Shown here one piece after another: positions 7,406 to 16,008 of a stretch of 64,000 bases of DNA; the first letter of the stretch is position 1; every line of letters starts with the position of its first letter. The translations under genes were made by a program, and so were the position numbers. Source of the DNA: an uncultured virus (IMG/VR IMGVR_UViG_3300037963_003337) (Duplodnaviria > Heunggongvirae > Uroviricota > Caudoviricetes); the IMG/VR virus record IMGVR_UViG_3300037963_003337. One strand, written 5' to 3'. The notes beneath the pieces were generated by a model that was not told the origin of the DNA, searched no databases, and was given only the letters and a program-made list of their open reading frames with translations.

Positions 7406-7573
7406 ATGAACACACTTACTATCATTCAGAAGCAGATCAAGAAAGCTGCTGCTCTTCATGACGCTCAGATCTCTCACACTGCTTATCGTGGTGTCGAGTA
7501 TGATACACGTTGTGTAGAGTCCAAAGAGTCACACGGTACATTCTGCTATCGTGGTAAGACATACACAAAGTGA
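7406..7573 (+). CDS. DUF4278-family small protein (55 aa)
   Basis: AGGAG SD; MNTLTIIQKQIKKAAALHDAQISHTAYRGVEY...FCYRGKTYTK with two YRG motifs. Confidence 0.85.
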   Translation: MNTLTIIQKQIKKAAALHDAQISHTAYRGVEYDTRCVESKESHGTFCYRGKTYTK

Positions 7574-7577
7574 TTGG

Positions 7578-7606
7578 TTGACAAAACCTTTTATTTCGTG
7601 TATACT
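7578..7606 (+). promoter_or_regulatory. Sigma70-type promoter
   Basis: TTGACA, 17 nt, TATACT. Confidence 0.7.
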
Positions 7607-7632
7607 ATAACTTCCGTGTGAAGGAAGTGACC

Positions 7633-7660
7633 AGAGAGGGTTCAACCCCTCTCTTTTTTT
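7633..7660 (+). terminator. Intrinsic terminator
   Basis: AGAGAGGG-ttcaac-CCCTCTCT followed by a T run. Confidence 0.85.
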
Positions 7661-7671
7661 ATCTAATCATC

Positions 7672-7839
7672 ATGCCCTATTTTACTAACACCTCTGATGC
7701 TCCCTATAATCGTCATAGGTACAAACTAATTTTTAAAAATAAGAAGGCAGCAATCTTTGATGACTATGAAGTGCTGAGATCTGCTTGGTTTGAATGGGCA
7801 GGGACAAAGCAACTAGATAGGATAGAGGTACTTGACTAG
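7672..7839 (+). CDS. Hypothetical protein (55 aa)
   Basis: ATG just after the terminator; PYNRHRYKL motif. Confidence 0.65.
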   Translation: MPYFTNTSDAPYNRHRYKLIFKNKKAAIFDDYEVLRSAWFEWAGTKQLDRIEVLD

Positions 7840-7840
7840 T

Positions 7841-8167
7841 ATGGGAATGTTTGACACCATCAGATCCTCCTATGATTTAGGACCAGGATTCTGGAACAGA
7901 GAACTGCAAACTAAAGATTTAGAGAGCATAATGGCAACCTATTGGATTGATCCAGCAGGTCGTTTTTTTCAAATTGATTACTCAGGTACTGCAGATTTTG
8001 ACATTCATCCAGTAATGGGTTGGAAAGTAGTTCCCAATGGTAATCGTGGTAAGGTCAGACCAACTCTTTTTACTGGAGAGATTGAGGTATATCCCACTAA
8101 ATGGGATGCTAAGTACGCTCCTTTTCCCAGAATGAAAATTAAATTTATAGATGGAGTATTACAATGA
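7841..8167 (+). CDS. Conserved phage hypothetical protein
   Basis: MGMFDTI...QTKDLE...YWIDPAG. Confidence 0.75.
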   Translation: MGMFDTIRSSYDLGPGFWNRELQTKDLESIMATYWIDPAGRFFQIDYSGTADFDIHPVMGWKVVPNGNRGKVRPTLFTGEIEVYPTKWDAKYAPFPRMKIKFIDGVLQ

Positions 8168-8844
8168 AGAAATTTATAGCAGCAGTTGCAGCATCAGCAG
8201 CACTTGCTTTCCCTGCCTTAGCAGACGACTCTAAAATCACCAAGGGTTTCAATACTATGGATTCTATGGGGTGTATGCTACTACAGGAGTGTACCGATGG
8301 AGTCGAAGAAGTATTCAGTTTACTTGATGTATCTTCTCAGTATCCTAATACTGATGATTTTTATTTTGTTGCTAACGAGTTCAACAACATGCTTGTCTCC
8401 CTTAACCAGGTCGGAGTTAGGGTGTTTCTAGCAGATGAAAAGTATTTTCCACCTGAACACCGTGGTGTATACCATACAGTAGGAAATAACTTTTTCCTTA
8501 ATAAGAAATACATGGGTAAACCTGGTGTATTGATGCAGGTTATGCGTCATGAAGGGTGGCACGCTGCCCAGGACTGCATGGCAGGGACTATTGATAATAG
8601 TTTGATTGCTATTATCCTACCTGAAGATGAAGTTCCTATGATCTGGCGTGTCATGGCAGAGAGAACCTACCCCAAACATGCTGTGCCTTGGGAGGCAGAA
8701 GCAGGATGGGCAGGTAGAACTGAGAACATGACCAAGGATGCTCTTGCTGCCTGTGCTACAGGCAAGATGTGGGAGATCTACGAACCAACACCATTGACCC
8801 GCCAATATCTGGAGGACTTTGGTTACATTAAGAAAGGGGGTTGA
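8164..8844 (+). CDS. Exported protein with HEXXH zinc-metallopeptidase motif
   Basis: Signal peptide (ALA cleavage), RHEGWH, downstream WEAEA. Confidence 0.7.
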   Translation: MKKFIAAVAASAALAFPALADDSKITKGFNTMDSMGCMLLQECTDGVEEVFSLLDVSSQYPNTDDFYFVANEFNNMLVSLNQVGVRVFLADEKYFPPEHRGVYHTVGNNFFLNKKYMGKPGVLMQVMRHEGWHAAQDCMAGTIDNSLIAIILPEDEVPMIWRVMAERTYPKHAVPWEAEAGWAGRTENMTKDALAACATGKMWEIYEPTPLTRQYLEDFGYIKKGG

Positions 8845-8847
8845 CAA

Positions 8848-9015
8848 ATGCCAATGGATAGAGTAAAGTTGAAAGCGTTGTTGAGCGATCTTAAACGACT
8901 CACCAGCGAACTAGAATCAGAGATCTATTCTGATCTCTCTGCATACACCACGTATGAAGAGATCGCCAAGTGTCGTCCTCTATCTACAGATGACGATGAT
9001 GGATACCCTGATTAA
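8848..9015 (+). CDS. Hypothetical protein (55 aa)
   Basis: MPMDRVKLKALL...SEIYSD...DDDDGYPD. Confidence 0.6.
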   Translation: MPMDRVKLKALLSDLKRLTSELESEIYSDLSAYTTYEEIAKCRPLSTDDDDGYPD

Positions 9016-9229
9016 GATTTGGAAATACTCCCTAGGGAGTTTCTCTGATGACAAGACAGCACCCTATGACAACTATGTTGCCACTGTGAGAACTGTCATA
9101 TTCGTTTCCTATATGGTCACGAATGCCTTTATTATATCGGGAGTTATCAGACACTGGAATGAAAACACTTCTAATCCATCTGATAGCGTTCTGGAACGTA
9201 GTTGTAATGAACTGCGTCCAACCCGTTAA
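8990..9229 (+). CDS. Small membrane protein
   Basis: IWKYSLGSFSD...TM...IRHW. Confidence 0.65.
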   Translation: MTMMDTLIKIWKYSLGSFSDDKTAPYDNYVATVRTVIFVSYMVTNAFIISGVIRHWNENTSNPSDSVLERSCNELRPTR

Positions 9230-9392
9230 CTGGAAATACTGTTATCGTATTGACCAGTGGTTAGTACCAGATCTGGTAGAAGGTTATCAGATTTGGACTG
9301 GCGACAAATATCCTTATCAAAATGAGAGGGATTACCTACGGAAGAGTGGTCGAGTGGTTGATGGCACTGGTCTTGAAAACCAGCAACGTTAA
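9159..9392 (+). CDS. Hypothetical protein whose 3' end overlaps tRNA-Ser
   Basis: MKTLLIHLIAFWNVVVMNCVQPVNWKYC... Confidence 0.55.
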   Translation: MKTLLIHLIAFWNVVVMNCVQPVNWKYCYRIDQWLVPDLVEGYQIWTGDKYPYQNERDYLRKSGRVVDGTGLENQQR

Positions 9393-9425
9393 TAGCGTTC
9401 GTGGGTTCAAATCCCACCTCTTCCG
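9340..9425 (+). tRNA. tRNA-Ser (anticodon TGA)
   Basis: GGAAGAG/CTCTTCC acceptor stem, CTGGT-CT TGA AA-ACCAG anticodon arm, long variable arm, GGTTCAAATCC T-loop; no encoded CCA. Confidence 0.96.
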
Positions 9426-9532
9426 TTGTCAGGATATCCACACCTGACTCATGTATACAAATTGTATACATATACTACAACTGTCACATGTGACAGTTTA
9501 CAATGTACACTTACTTAGAGGAATTAATTCAA

Positions 9533-9904
9533 ATGATCAAATCTGTATTCGCTGCTACTGCTGCTCTTTCTATGTCTGCAGGTGCTGCCCTTGCAGGTCC
9601 CTACGTTAACGTAGAAACCAATGCTGGTTGGACTGGTTCAAATTATTCTGGTGCTGCCACAGATTTCCACGTTGGTTACGAGGGTGTTTTCGGTGACGCT
9701 GCTTCTTACTACGTCCAGGGTGGTGCTACCCTGCTGAGTCCTGACGGTGGTGAGAGTGACACTGTTCCTTCTGGCAAGGCAGGTCTGGGTCTGGGACTGA
9801 CCGAAGCACTGGGTGCTTATGGTGAGGTTTCTTTCGTCGGTTCTGGTTCTGACGACATCGACCGTGGATACGGCGCTAAGCTGGGTCTGAAGTACAACTT
9901 CTGA
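9533..9904 (+). CDS. Small outer-membrane beta-barrel protein
   Basis: Signal peptide, alternating Gly/aromatic strands, C-terminal KYNF. Confidence 0.75.
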   Translation: MIKSVFAATAALSMSAGAALAGPYVNVETNAGWTGSNYSGAATDFHVGYEGVFGDAASYYVQGGATLLSPDGGESDTVPSGKAGLGLGLTEALGAYGEVSFVGSGSDDIDRGYGAKLGLKYNF

Positions 9905-9928
9905 TACTTGACAGCATTGCTATAATGG

Positions 9929-9952
9929 AGGGACCTAAGGGTCCCTTTTTTT
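9929..9952 (+). terminator. Intrinsic terminator
   Basis: AGGGACC-taag-GGTCCCT followed by a T run. Confidence 0.85.
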
Positions 9953-10153
9953 ATGCTTATGGCAAAGGTCTTTAAAGTAATCTTTCACCCAGTCACAGTG
10001 GTGAACTTACTGTTTGTTGGGTCTCTAGGAATGATTGAAATCATTCACATCAGAGCACATCATACGTTAGAACAGGATGTGCATGGTCATGTTCACCGAG
10101 CACTTAAAAAGAATCCAGAACTAGCAAGGTCTGCTTGTTACGAATTGGATTAG
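9953..10153 (+). CDS. Hypothetical membrane protein, His-rich
   Basis: 66-aa ORF. Confidence 0.6.
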   Translation: MLMAKVFKVIFHPVTVVNLLFVGSLGMIEIIHIRAHHTLEQDVHGHVHRALKKNPELARSACYELD

Positions 10154-10159
10154 TTGGTG

Positions 10160-10195
10160 AGCAGGGTTGACTACCCTGCTTTTTTATGCTATCAT
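10160..10195 (+). promoter_or_regulatory. Terminator hairpin overlapping a sigma70 promoter
   Basis: AGCAGGG-ttgacta-CCCTGCT plus T run; TTGACT (10167-10172), 17 nt, TGC-TATCAT (10190-10195). Confidence 0.7.
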
Positions 10196-10211
10196 ATTCA
10201 CAGTCATTCCT

Positions 10212-10457
10212 ATGGAGGTTATGGAAGTAATTCTTTACTCAAAGAAAGATTGTCAATGGTGCGAACGTGCTAAAATGTTGTTTGACAATTTAGATGTTAA
10301 ATACACTGAGTACAAATATCAAGAGCACTTCACTAAAAAAGATTTCATTTCTGAATTCGGTGAAGGTGCTACTTTTCCACAGATCTCAATTAACACCAAA
10401 CATATTGGTGGATTCAAAGACACCCTTCATTACTTTCAAGAAAACAAACTTATCTAA
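10212..10457 (+). CDS. nrdC: Glutaredoxin
   Basis: CQWC active site, TFPQI, HIGGF. Confidence 0.9.
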   Translation: MEVMEVILYSKKDCQWCERAKMLFDNLDVKYTEYKYQEHFTKKDFISEFGEGATFPQISINTKHIGGFKDTLHYFQENKLI

Positions 10458-10831
10458 TGGAACCTACTGACGAACTTTACACACTTGTTGAGCGAGCAAT
10501 TGATGCTGCCTTTGAGGGAAAGTTCTTATTCAATTTTTATACCTACGTCAAGTCCTCTAAGTTCACTCGTAGAGAGGTGACTACTTTCATTGAAAGTTCT
10601 ACTGCTGCAAACGTATCTAACACTGTCCTTGAATTAGAACTCTACATTAAGGGCAGAGATAAGTTTTCCAAGGAAGCATATGGACATCTTTCAAAACCTA
10701 CTGCACGAAAGATCAAAGATTATCTCTACAAAATTTTAACTGATGCATGGAAGTATGAACAAGAACGAAGACCAGGAAGAAAACCTGGAACCAAAAACCG
10801 AAAGCGAAAGTCAGCAATCACCAATAAATAG
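10457..10831 (+). CDS. Conserved phage hypothetical protein
   Basis: EAYGHLSKP.ARKI motif, basic tail. Confidence 0.75.
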   Translation: MEPTDELYTLVERAIDAAFEGKFLFNFYTYVKSSKFTRREVTTFIESSTAANVSNTVLELELYIKGRDKFSKEAYGHLSKPTARKIKDYLYKILTDAWKYEQERRPGRKPGTKNRKRKSAITNK

Positions 10832-10844
10832 AGGTGATGAGTTT

Positions 10845-11204
10845 ATGCTTAATAGGAGGAGGCGTAAGAAGTCCACTCAAAAGGAACCAGAGTCAGAGGT
10901 TCAAATACAGGAGGTAAACAAAATGAACTTGTCAGTAGTTCTAGTGTTCTCAACTTTAATTACCATTGGAGGAACACTGCTTGGATTTATGATTGGATGG
11001 TTATCACATGCTTACTATTCAGGATTTGTTGATTCAGTAGCAGAGGTACTATCAGCACAAGAAGAACCTGAGTTATCTTACACACCCCATCCTGAGATGA
11101 TGGATGATGAAGGAAATCCAATTCCTTTCCACGTAGCAAAACTGATCAGTGTTGAATTTGATCAGAGAGATGCTTTTGATACAGACCCATTCCCCGACGA
11201 CTAA
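10845..11204 (+). CDS. DUF2973-like membrane protein (start may be 10923)
   Basis: TM helix plus HPEMMDDEG motif; ATAAATA at 10824-10830. Confidence 0.6.
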   Translation: MLNRRRRKKSTQKEPESEVQIQEVNKMNLSVVLVFSTLITIGGTLLGFMIGWLSHAYYSGFVDSVAEVLSAQEEPELSYTPHPEMMDDEGNPIPFHVAKLISVEFDQRDAFDTDPFPDD

Positions 11205-11233
11205 ATAATCACAAACGACATTTCGTATTACTC

Positions 11234-11659
11234 ATGAAACTATTGATTTCTGAAGTCATTAAAAAGGCATCTAATGCCAAAACTAAATCTGAAAAGATCA
11301 AAATTCTCAAAGAGAATAATTCACAGGCACTACGTTCTGTTTTGAAATGGAACTACGATCCTAATATCAACACGGATCTTCCAGAAGGTGAGGTGCCTTA
11401 TGAAAAAAATGATGCACCGATTGGAACAGAACATACAGTTCTTGAAAGGGAGTACCGTAACCTCTGGAGATTTATTAAGGGTGCAAACTCCTTGACTCGT
11501 ATGAAGCGAGAGCAACTGTTCATTCAATTGCTTGAAGGTCTTCACGAAAGCGAAGCAGAAGTTATCTGTCTCGTTAAAGACGGTTTACTCCAATCAAAAT
11601 TTAGAATTACTATTGCAGTAGTTAAAGAAGCTTTCCCCGAAATTAAATGGAGTGAATGA
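11234..11659 (+). CDS. Conserved T4-like hypothetical protein
   Basis: LPEGEVPY...KREQLFIQLLEGLHESEA. Confidence 0.8.
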   Translation: MKLLISEVIKKASNAKTKSEKIKILKENNSQALRSVLKWNYDPNINTDLPEGEVPYEKNDAPIGTEHTVLEREYRNLWRFIKGANSLTRMKREQLFIQLLEGLHESEAEVICLVKDGLLQSKFRITIAVVKEAFPEIKWSE

Positions 11660-11832
11660 CAACCATGGTCAACATCGTTAATGAACAACGAGTGATCTAC
11701 ATGATTAAAAAGTGCATAAATGAGGAGCAAAATGACCGAGAAACTTTCCACAGAGTCACCCTATCAAACCCAGGATTCTGTGAAGACCGAATCAGACAAC
11801 TCATCGATGAATTTCAATCTAACAGACGCTGA
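11656..11832 (+). CDS. Hypothetical protein (58 aa)
   Basis: ATGA-coupled ORF not in the ORF track. Confidence 0.45.
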   Translation: MTTMVNIVNEQRVIYMIKKCINEEQNDRETFHRVTLSNPGFCEDRIRQLIDEFQSNRR

Positions 11833-12115
11833 TAAAAAACTACTACGGTCAAAATATGACGTAGTAGTTTTTTCTCATGATTGCGATCCTAAAACTATCG
11901 ATAAGAAAGATTGGCCATACAACGCTGTACTAGTGGTGTATGAGATCGATGGCGTGACTCACTATGATCATGCCTGCGGTCCTAAAAACGTTAAAGTTTT
12001 TGATGCTTATTACGATCTTCTCAAACCAGTAGGTGGAAAGATCTTGACAATGGAGACCATGTATGGTATGGTTAATCCGAAACTCTTTGGAAACAAACCC
12101 AAGAAATCAAAATGA
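11807..12115 (+). CDS. Hypothetical protein (start uncertain, 11720-11807)
   Basis: FDAYYD...YG.VNPKL motif. Confidence 0.65.
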   Translation: MNFNLTDADKKLLRSKYDVVVFSHDCDPKTIDKKDWPYNAVLVVYEIDGVTHYDHACGPKNVKVFDAYYDLLKPVGGKILTMETMYGMVNPKLFGNKPKKSK

Positions 12116-12327
12116 ACGACGACTGGCGCTACAACGAGGAGCGTATGGAACTACGCTCAACGGTATACACAATTCTCCTGAACAAGTTTGGTGGTCTTAC
12201 CGAAGAAAATGGAGAACCAAAATATAGTATGGAGAGTATCCAGGCATGTTGTCATGATTGGGTCTCCCAAGGACACGTCAGTTCGTCTGGCATTGTAAAA
12301 TTTTATCAAGCGTACTATGCAAGTTAA
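12112..12327 (+). CDS. Hypothetical protein
   Basis: DWRY.EERM...HDWVSQG; ATGA-coupled. Confidence 0.75.
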   Translation: MNDDWRYNEERMELRSTVYTILLNKFGGLTEENGEPKYSMESIQACCHDWVSQGHVSSSGIVKFYQAYYAS

Positions 12328-12973
12328 AGTTATTAGTGTTACCCCTGATGCTGAGAAGCACATGGGGTATGTGGCAAGGGTCAGCAACCCCAATAACCAG
12401 GAAAATCCAAAGGTTGCGGGTCTTTTATCCTATTGCATCAAACACCAGCATTGGAGCGTCTTTGAGCAGGCATTCATGACGCTTGAGATCGAGACCACCA
12501 GGGGACTGGCAGCTCAAATATTGAGGCATAGGTCCTTCACCTTCCAGGAATTTTCACAACGCTACGCTGACAGTAGTTTGTTGGGAGAAAGAATTCCTAT
12601 GTTTGATATTCGTCGTCAGGATACAAAGAATCGTCAAAACAGTATTGATGACATTGATCCTTTTGAACGACAGCATCTTCAGATCCTAATTCAAAAACAT
12701 TTTGATGAAGGTATGGATCTGTATCGTGAGATGCTTTCACGTGGTGTGGCAAAGGAGTGTGCTCGTTTTGTACTTCCTTTAGCAACGCCCACTAGATTAT
12801 ACATGACGGGTTCAATTCGTTCATGGATCCACTATATAGAACTACGCTCTGCCAATGGCACACAAAAAGAGCACATGGACATTGCAAATGAATGTAAGTG
12901 TTTGTTTGCAGGTCAATTTCCAATTACCGCTGAAGCATTAGGATGGTCAACCCATGAAACTACTAACACTTGA
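12317..12973 (+). CDS. thyX: Flavin-dependent thymidylate synthase
   Basis: HWSVFE, QILRHRSFTFQEFSQRY, KECARFVLP, TQKEH. Confidence 0.97.
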   Translation: MQVKVISVTPDAEKHMGYVARVSNPNNQENPKVAGLLSYCIKHQHWSVFEQAFMTLEIETTRGLAAQILRHRSFTFQEFSQRYADSSLLGERIPMFDIRRQDTKNRQNSIDDIDPFERQHLQILIQKHFDEGMDLYREMLSRGVAKECARFVLPLATPTRLYMTGSIRSWIHYIELRSANGTQKEHMDIANECKCLFAGQFPITAEALGWSTHETTNT

Positions 12974-13187
12974 AGATTATCAAAAGGCAGGAGAAACCTT
13001 CTGGCCAAAGTATTGGTACGTTGCCAAAGAACTTGGTGAAGATGCTAAGACCGAAGACATTCTTAAATGTATGGAGGCAGTCGGTGGTGTTGCATTGAAA
13101 CTCGCATTAGAGAAAAAAGAAGGACCATTTGGATTTAACAAGAAAGAGGAGGGGGAAGGCGATGCCGACGTATCAGTTCAGGAATAA
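12954..13187 (+). CDS. Hypothetical protein
   Basis: 77-aa ORF overlapping both neighbours. Confidence 0.7.
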   Translation: MKLLTLEDYQKAGETFWPKYWYVAKELGEDAKTEDILKCMEAVGGVALKLALEKKEGPFGFNKKEEGEGDADVSVQE

Positions 13188-13395
13188 AGAAACTGGTGAG
13201 ATTACTGAGGAACGCATGAGTTTCACTGTTTTGGATAAATACAAAGAAGATAACCCACATCTTGAACAGTACCATGATTCATTTCCTGGTCTTGTAGCAG
13301 ATGCAGGTGTTAGGAACAAAGTTCCTGACGGTTTCAGAGACGTTCTGAAATCTATCAAAAAAGCAAACTACCGTTCCAACATCGATACTCATTAA
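13162..13395 (+). CDS. FmdB-like small protein
   Basis: MPTYQF...GFRDVLKSIKK, typically found before phoH in T4-like phages. Confidence 0.7.
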   Translation: MPTYQFRNKETGEITEERMSFTVLDKYKEDNPHLEQYHDSFPGLVADAGVRNKVPDGFRDVLKSIKKANYRSNIDTH

Positions 13396-13400
13396 CCCAT

Positions 13401-14156
13401 ATGCCTAGAAGAAGGAAAGACAATCAATTCGATTTTGTGAATAGCACAGCAAAGCAAATGAGACGCAAAAAACCAATTAATGTTGATCATCTAATTGAGA
13501 TCAATCCTTTAACCGAAAATCAAACAACTGCATTCGATGCATACGAAAAGGGCAAACACCTTTTCCTCTATGGATGTGCAGGCACAGGTAAGACATTCGT
13601 AGCAATGTACCTGGCACTCAAGGAGATCCTTTCAGGCACATCTCCTTATGAAAAACTGTATATGGTGCGTTCACTTGTCCCTACAAGAGAGATTGGATTC
13701 CTTCCAGGAGATCATGAAGACAAGTCAAACTTGTATCAGATTCCATATAAGAACATGGTACAACACATGTTCAAAATGCCTGACGATCCAGCATTTGACA
13801 TGCTGTATGATAACCTGAAGGCACAGGAAACTATTTCTTTCTGGAGTACTTCTTTCCTTCGTGGTACAACACTCAACAATGCTATTGTTATTGTTGATGA
13901 GTGTCAAAACCTGAACTTCCATGAGTTGGATTCAATCATCACTCGTATTGGTACTGATTGTAAGATCATCTTTGCAGGTGATGTTATGCAGACCGACCTC
14001 ATTAAAACTAATGAGCGTAATGGCATCCTTGACTTCATGAAGATTCTTGAGGTCATGGAAGAGTTCCAAAGTATTGAGTTTGGTGTTGACGATATCGTAA
14101 GATCTGGTCTCATCAAGAGTTACATTCTTAGTAAAATGCATTTAGGATTTGGTTGA
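13401..14156 (+). CDS. phoH: PhoH-family ATPase
   Basis: GCAGTGKT, IGFLPG, FLRGTT, VDECQN, GDVMQ.D, DIVRSG. Confidence 0.96.
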   Translation: MPRRRKDNQFDFVNSTAKQMRRKKPINVDHLIEINPLTENQTTAFDAYEKGKHLFLYGCAGTGKTFVAMYLALKEILSGTSPYEKLYMVRSLVPTREIGFLPGDHEDKSNLYQIPYKNMVQHMFKMPDDPAFDMLYDNLKAQETISFWSTSFLRGTTLNNAIVIVDECQNLNFHELDSIITRIGTDCKIIFAGDVMQTDLIKTNERNGILDFMKILEVMEEFQSIEFGVDDIVRSGLIKSYILSKMHLGFG

Positions 14157-14818
14157 TGTTTAATCATGTTAATATGGGTGTCCTCCTTGAGGACATCAAG
14201 GCGACCACTTCACCTAATGGCAAACGAGTTTATGCTGTAGATGGTAATGAATATCCATCTATCTCTACCATCTGTTCCTATCGTAAACGCAAATCAATTG
14301 CAGAGTGGAGGAAGAGAGTTGGTAATGATGAAGCAAACAAGGTGTCTACTCGGGCAGCGTCTGTTGGAACCTCACTACATAGTATAGTGGAAGATTATCT
14401 AAACAATAATCTGGATCTAGAAAGGTACAAAGATAAGTATCTTGCGTTGTTACTGTTCAAGCAGGCAAAGTCCATGCTTGGACGTATTAACAACATTCAC
14501 TTCCAAGAGGCACCTTTATTCAGTCATGAATTTGGAATTGCTGGACGAGTAGATTGCATCGCTGAGTTCGATGGCAAACTTTCGGTCATAGATTTCAAAA
14601 CTTCTTCAAAGGAAAAGAAAGAATCCTGGATTGAGAACTACTTTGTTCAAGAGACAGGATATGCTAAGATGTATGAAGAGCGATCTGATATCAAAGTAGA
14701 TCAGATTGTTACTTTGGTCACTTGTCAAACAGGTGATACCCAAGTGTTCATTAAGAACCCTGACGACTATGTGCCTCTGCTAATCGATTACATTGCAGAG
14801 TACAAAGATGCCCACTAA
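14153..14818 (+). CDS. PD-(D/E)XK exonuclease
   Basis: YPSISTI, GTSLH, AGRVDCI, IDFKTS, Q...YA. Confidence 0.88.
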   Translation: MMFNHVNMGVLLEDIKATTSPNGKRVYAVDGNEYPSISTICSYRKRKSIAEWRKRVGNDEANKVSTRAASVGTSLHSIVEDYLNNNLDLERYKDKYLALLLFKQAKSMLGRINNIHFQEAPLFSHEFGIAGRVDCIAEFDGKLSVIDFKTSSKEKKESWIENYFVQETGYAKMYEERSDIKVDQIVTLVTCQTGDTQVFIKNPDDYVPLLIDYIAEYKDAH

Positions 14819-15077
14819 AAACAAAAACATTAATGAACTAATTGATGAAAACTTTATGGACAAAAACAAGTTTTCAATGACTATTGAAAACATGGTCAAA
14901 GATAGTAACAGAACCATCAATTACATTGATGCTATCGTTGATTTTTGTGAGTCGAAAGACATTGAAATTGAATCAGTTGTTAAACTGATTGCTCCTTCAC
15001 TGAAGGAAAAGATTAAGGCAGAGGCAACTCGTCTTAACTATATTAAAAAAACAACCAGAGGCGTTCTGCCACTTTAA
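14808..15077 (+). CDS. gp33: Late transcription coactivator gp33
   Basis: YIDAIVDFCE...LKEKIKAEA..LN; position before gp59. Confidence 0.88.
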   Translation: MPTKNKNINELIDENFMDKNKFSMTIENMVKDSNRTINYIDAIVDFCESKDIEIESVVKLIAPSLKEKIKAEATRLNYIKKTTRGVLPL

Positions 15078-15079
15078 TC

Positions 15080-15652
15080 ATGTATCCCTTTGAGGTTTAT
15101 CAAATTTATGTTGCACTGAAGACACACTTCAGTCGCAAAACCTATGATTACTTTGAATACCAAGGAAGTATCAAAGTATCAAGAGAAAAATTCATGGAGA
15201 GGAATGACGTTTACTTCTTTGAAAAACTCTCCAAAAAATACACAGCAGAAGAAGTAGAACAATACTTTGTATCTAACTTTCTAGTCAATTCTAATTTCCA
15301 TATCATTCAAATGAATGATAATAATTATATGGACTGGAAAAGAAAGATGCAGAGTATTACTTATTTGTTTGGACAGGATATTGAAAACCTCTCTGTTCAA
15401 GTAAATGAATTTAATGATGTGTTCAAATGTAATCGTGGTCATTCTCAATTACTAAAAGCATATCTTGGTGGTAGGGTGATGTTGGAAACTCTTATAATGT
15501 TAAATAAGATTACCCATTTCGTTAGTAGGTATGACACGTTGTTGAAGGAAGATGTAATCTGGAAACAACTATCGTTTCTCCTACACAAATATGATCCTTT
15601 TATAGAGGAAGACCCCACTAGAATTAAGCAATTAGTACTACAGAAACTATGA
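15080..15652 (+). CDS. gp59: Helicase loader gp59
   Basis: Y..YVALKTHF...YDYF.Y.G; gp33-gp59-gp32 synteny. Confidence 0.9.
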   Translation: MYPFEVYQIYVALKTHFSRKTYDYFEYQGSIKVSREKFMERNDVYFFEKLSKKYTAEEVEQYFVSNFLVNSNFHIIQMNDNNYMDWKRKMQSITYLFGQDIENLSVQVNEFNDVFKCNRGHSQLLKAYLGGRVMLETLIMLNKITHFVSRYDTLLKEDVIWKQLSFLLHKYDPFIEEDPTRIKQLVLQKL

Positions 15653-15996
15653 ACGACAAAGGAATGTTTGCATCTGAGATCGTCCGAAAGGAGATCGAAC
15701 GGATGCATGAATTGTATAAAGAAATTTACATGGAAACACCTTTGATTGAGATGAAATCAAAGGAAGACAAAGAAGAACTCCTTGGTAAGATGGAACGTCT
15801 TATTGAAATGCAAGAAGTTCTATACACTAGGATAAATCTTAGTGATGATAAAGATAGTGAGATGGTCAAAGAAAATTTTAGGATTGCAGCAAAGCAGATG
15901 GGTCTCCCAGCAACGCAGGTCGGTCCTGAGGTATTTAAGATCGCTCGGGCATCAATTACTTCTTTACGTCAACAGGTGCTTGACAATCAGATCTAG
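15649..15996 (+). CDS. DUF1825-like protein
   Basis: F.SEIV...Q..LYTRINLSDD. Confidence 0.7.
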   Translation: MNDKGMFASEIVRKEIERMHELYKEIYMETPLIEMKSKEDKEELLGKMERLIEMQEVLYTRINLSDDKDSEMVKENFRIAAKQMGLPATQVGPEVFKIARASITSLRQQVLDNQI

Positions 15997-16008
15997 ACCT
16001 GCTATCAT
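15980..16008 (+). promoter_or_regulatory. Sigma70-type promoter for gp32
   Basis: TTGACA, 17 nt, TGC-TATCAT. Confidence 0.75.

Noticed and set aside
7618..7671. GTG start for ORF 7618-7839
   Set aside because: Runs through an intrinsic terminator; ATG 7672 is more plausible
9453..9469. Possible NtcA box
   Set aside because: GTA and TAC are 11 nt apart, not the canonical 8
9908..9926. TTGACA and TATAAT consensus boxes
   Set aside because: Only 7 nt apart and immediately followed by a terminator; at most a remnant or an extended -10
14153..14818. Cas4-like nuclease suggesting CRISPR
   Set aside because: Core T4-like exonuclease in conserved phoH-exo-gp33 context; no repeat-spacer array seen anywhere in the window
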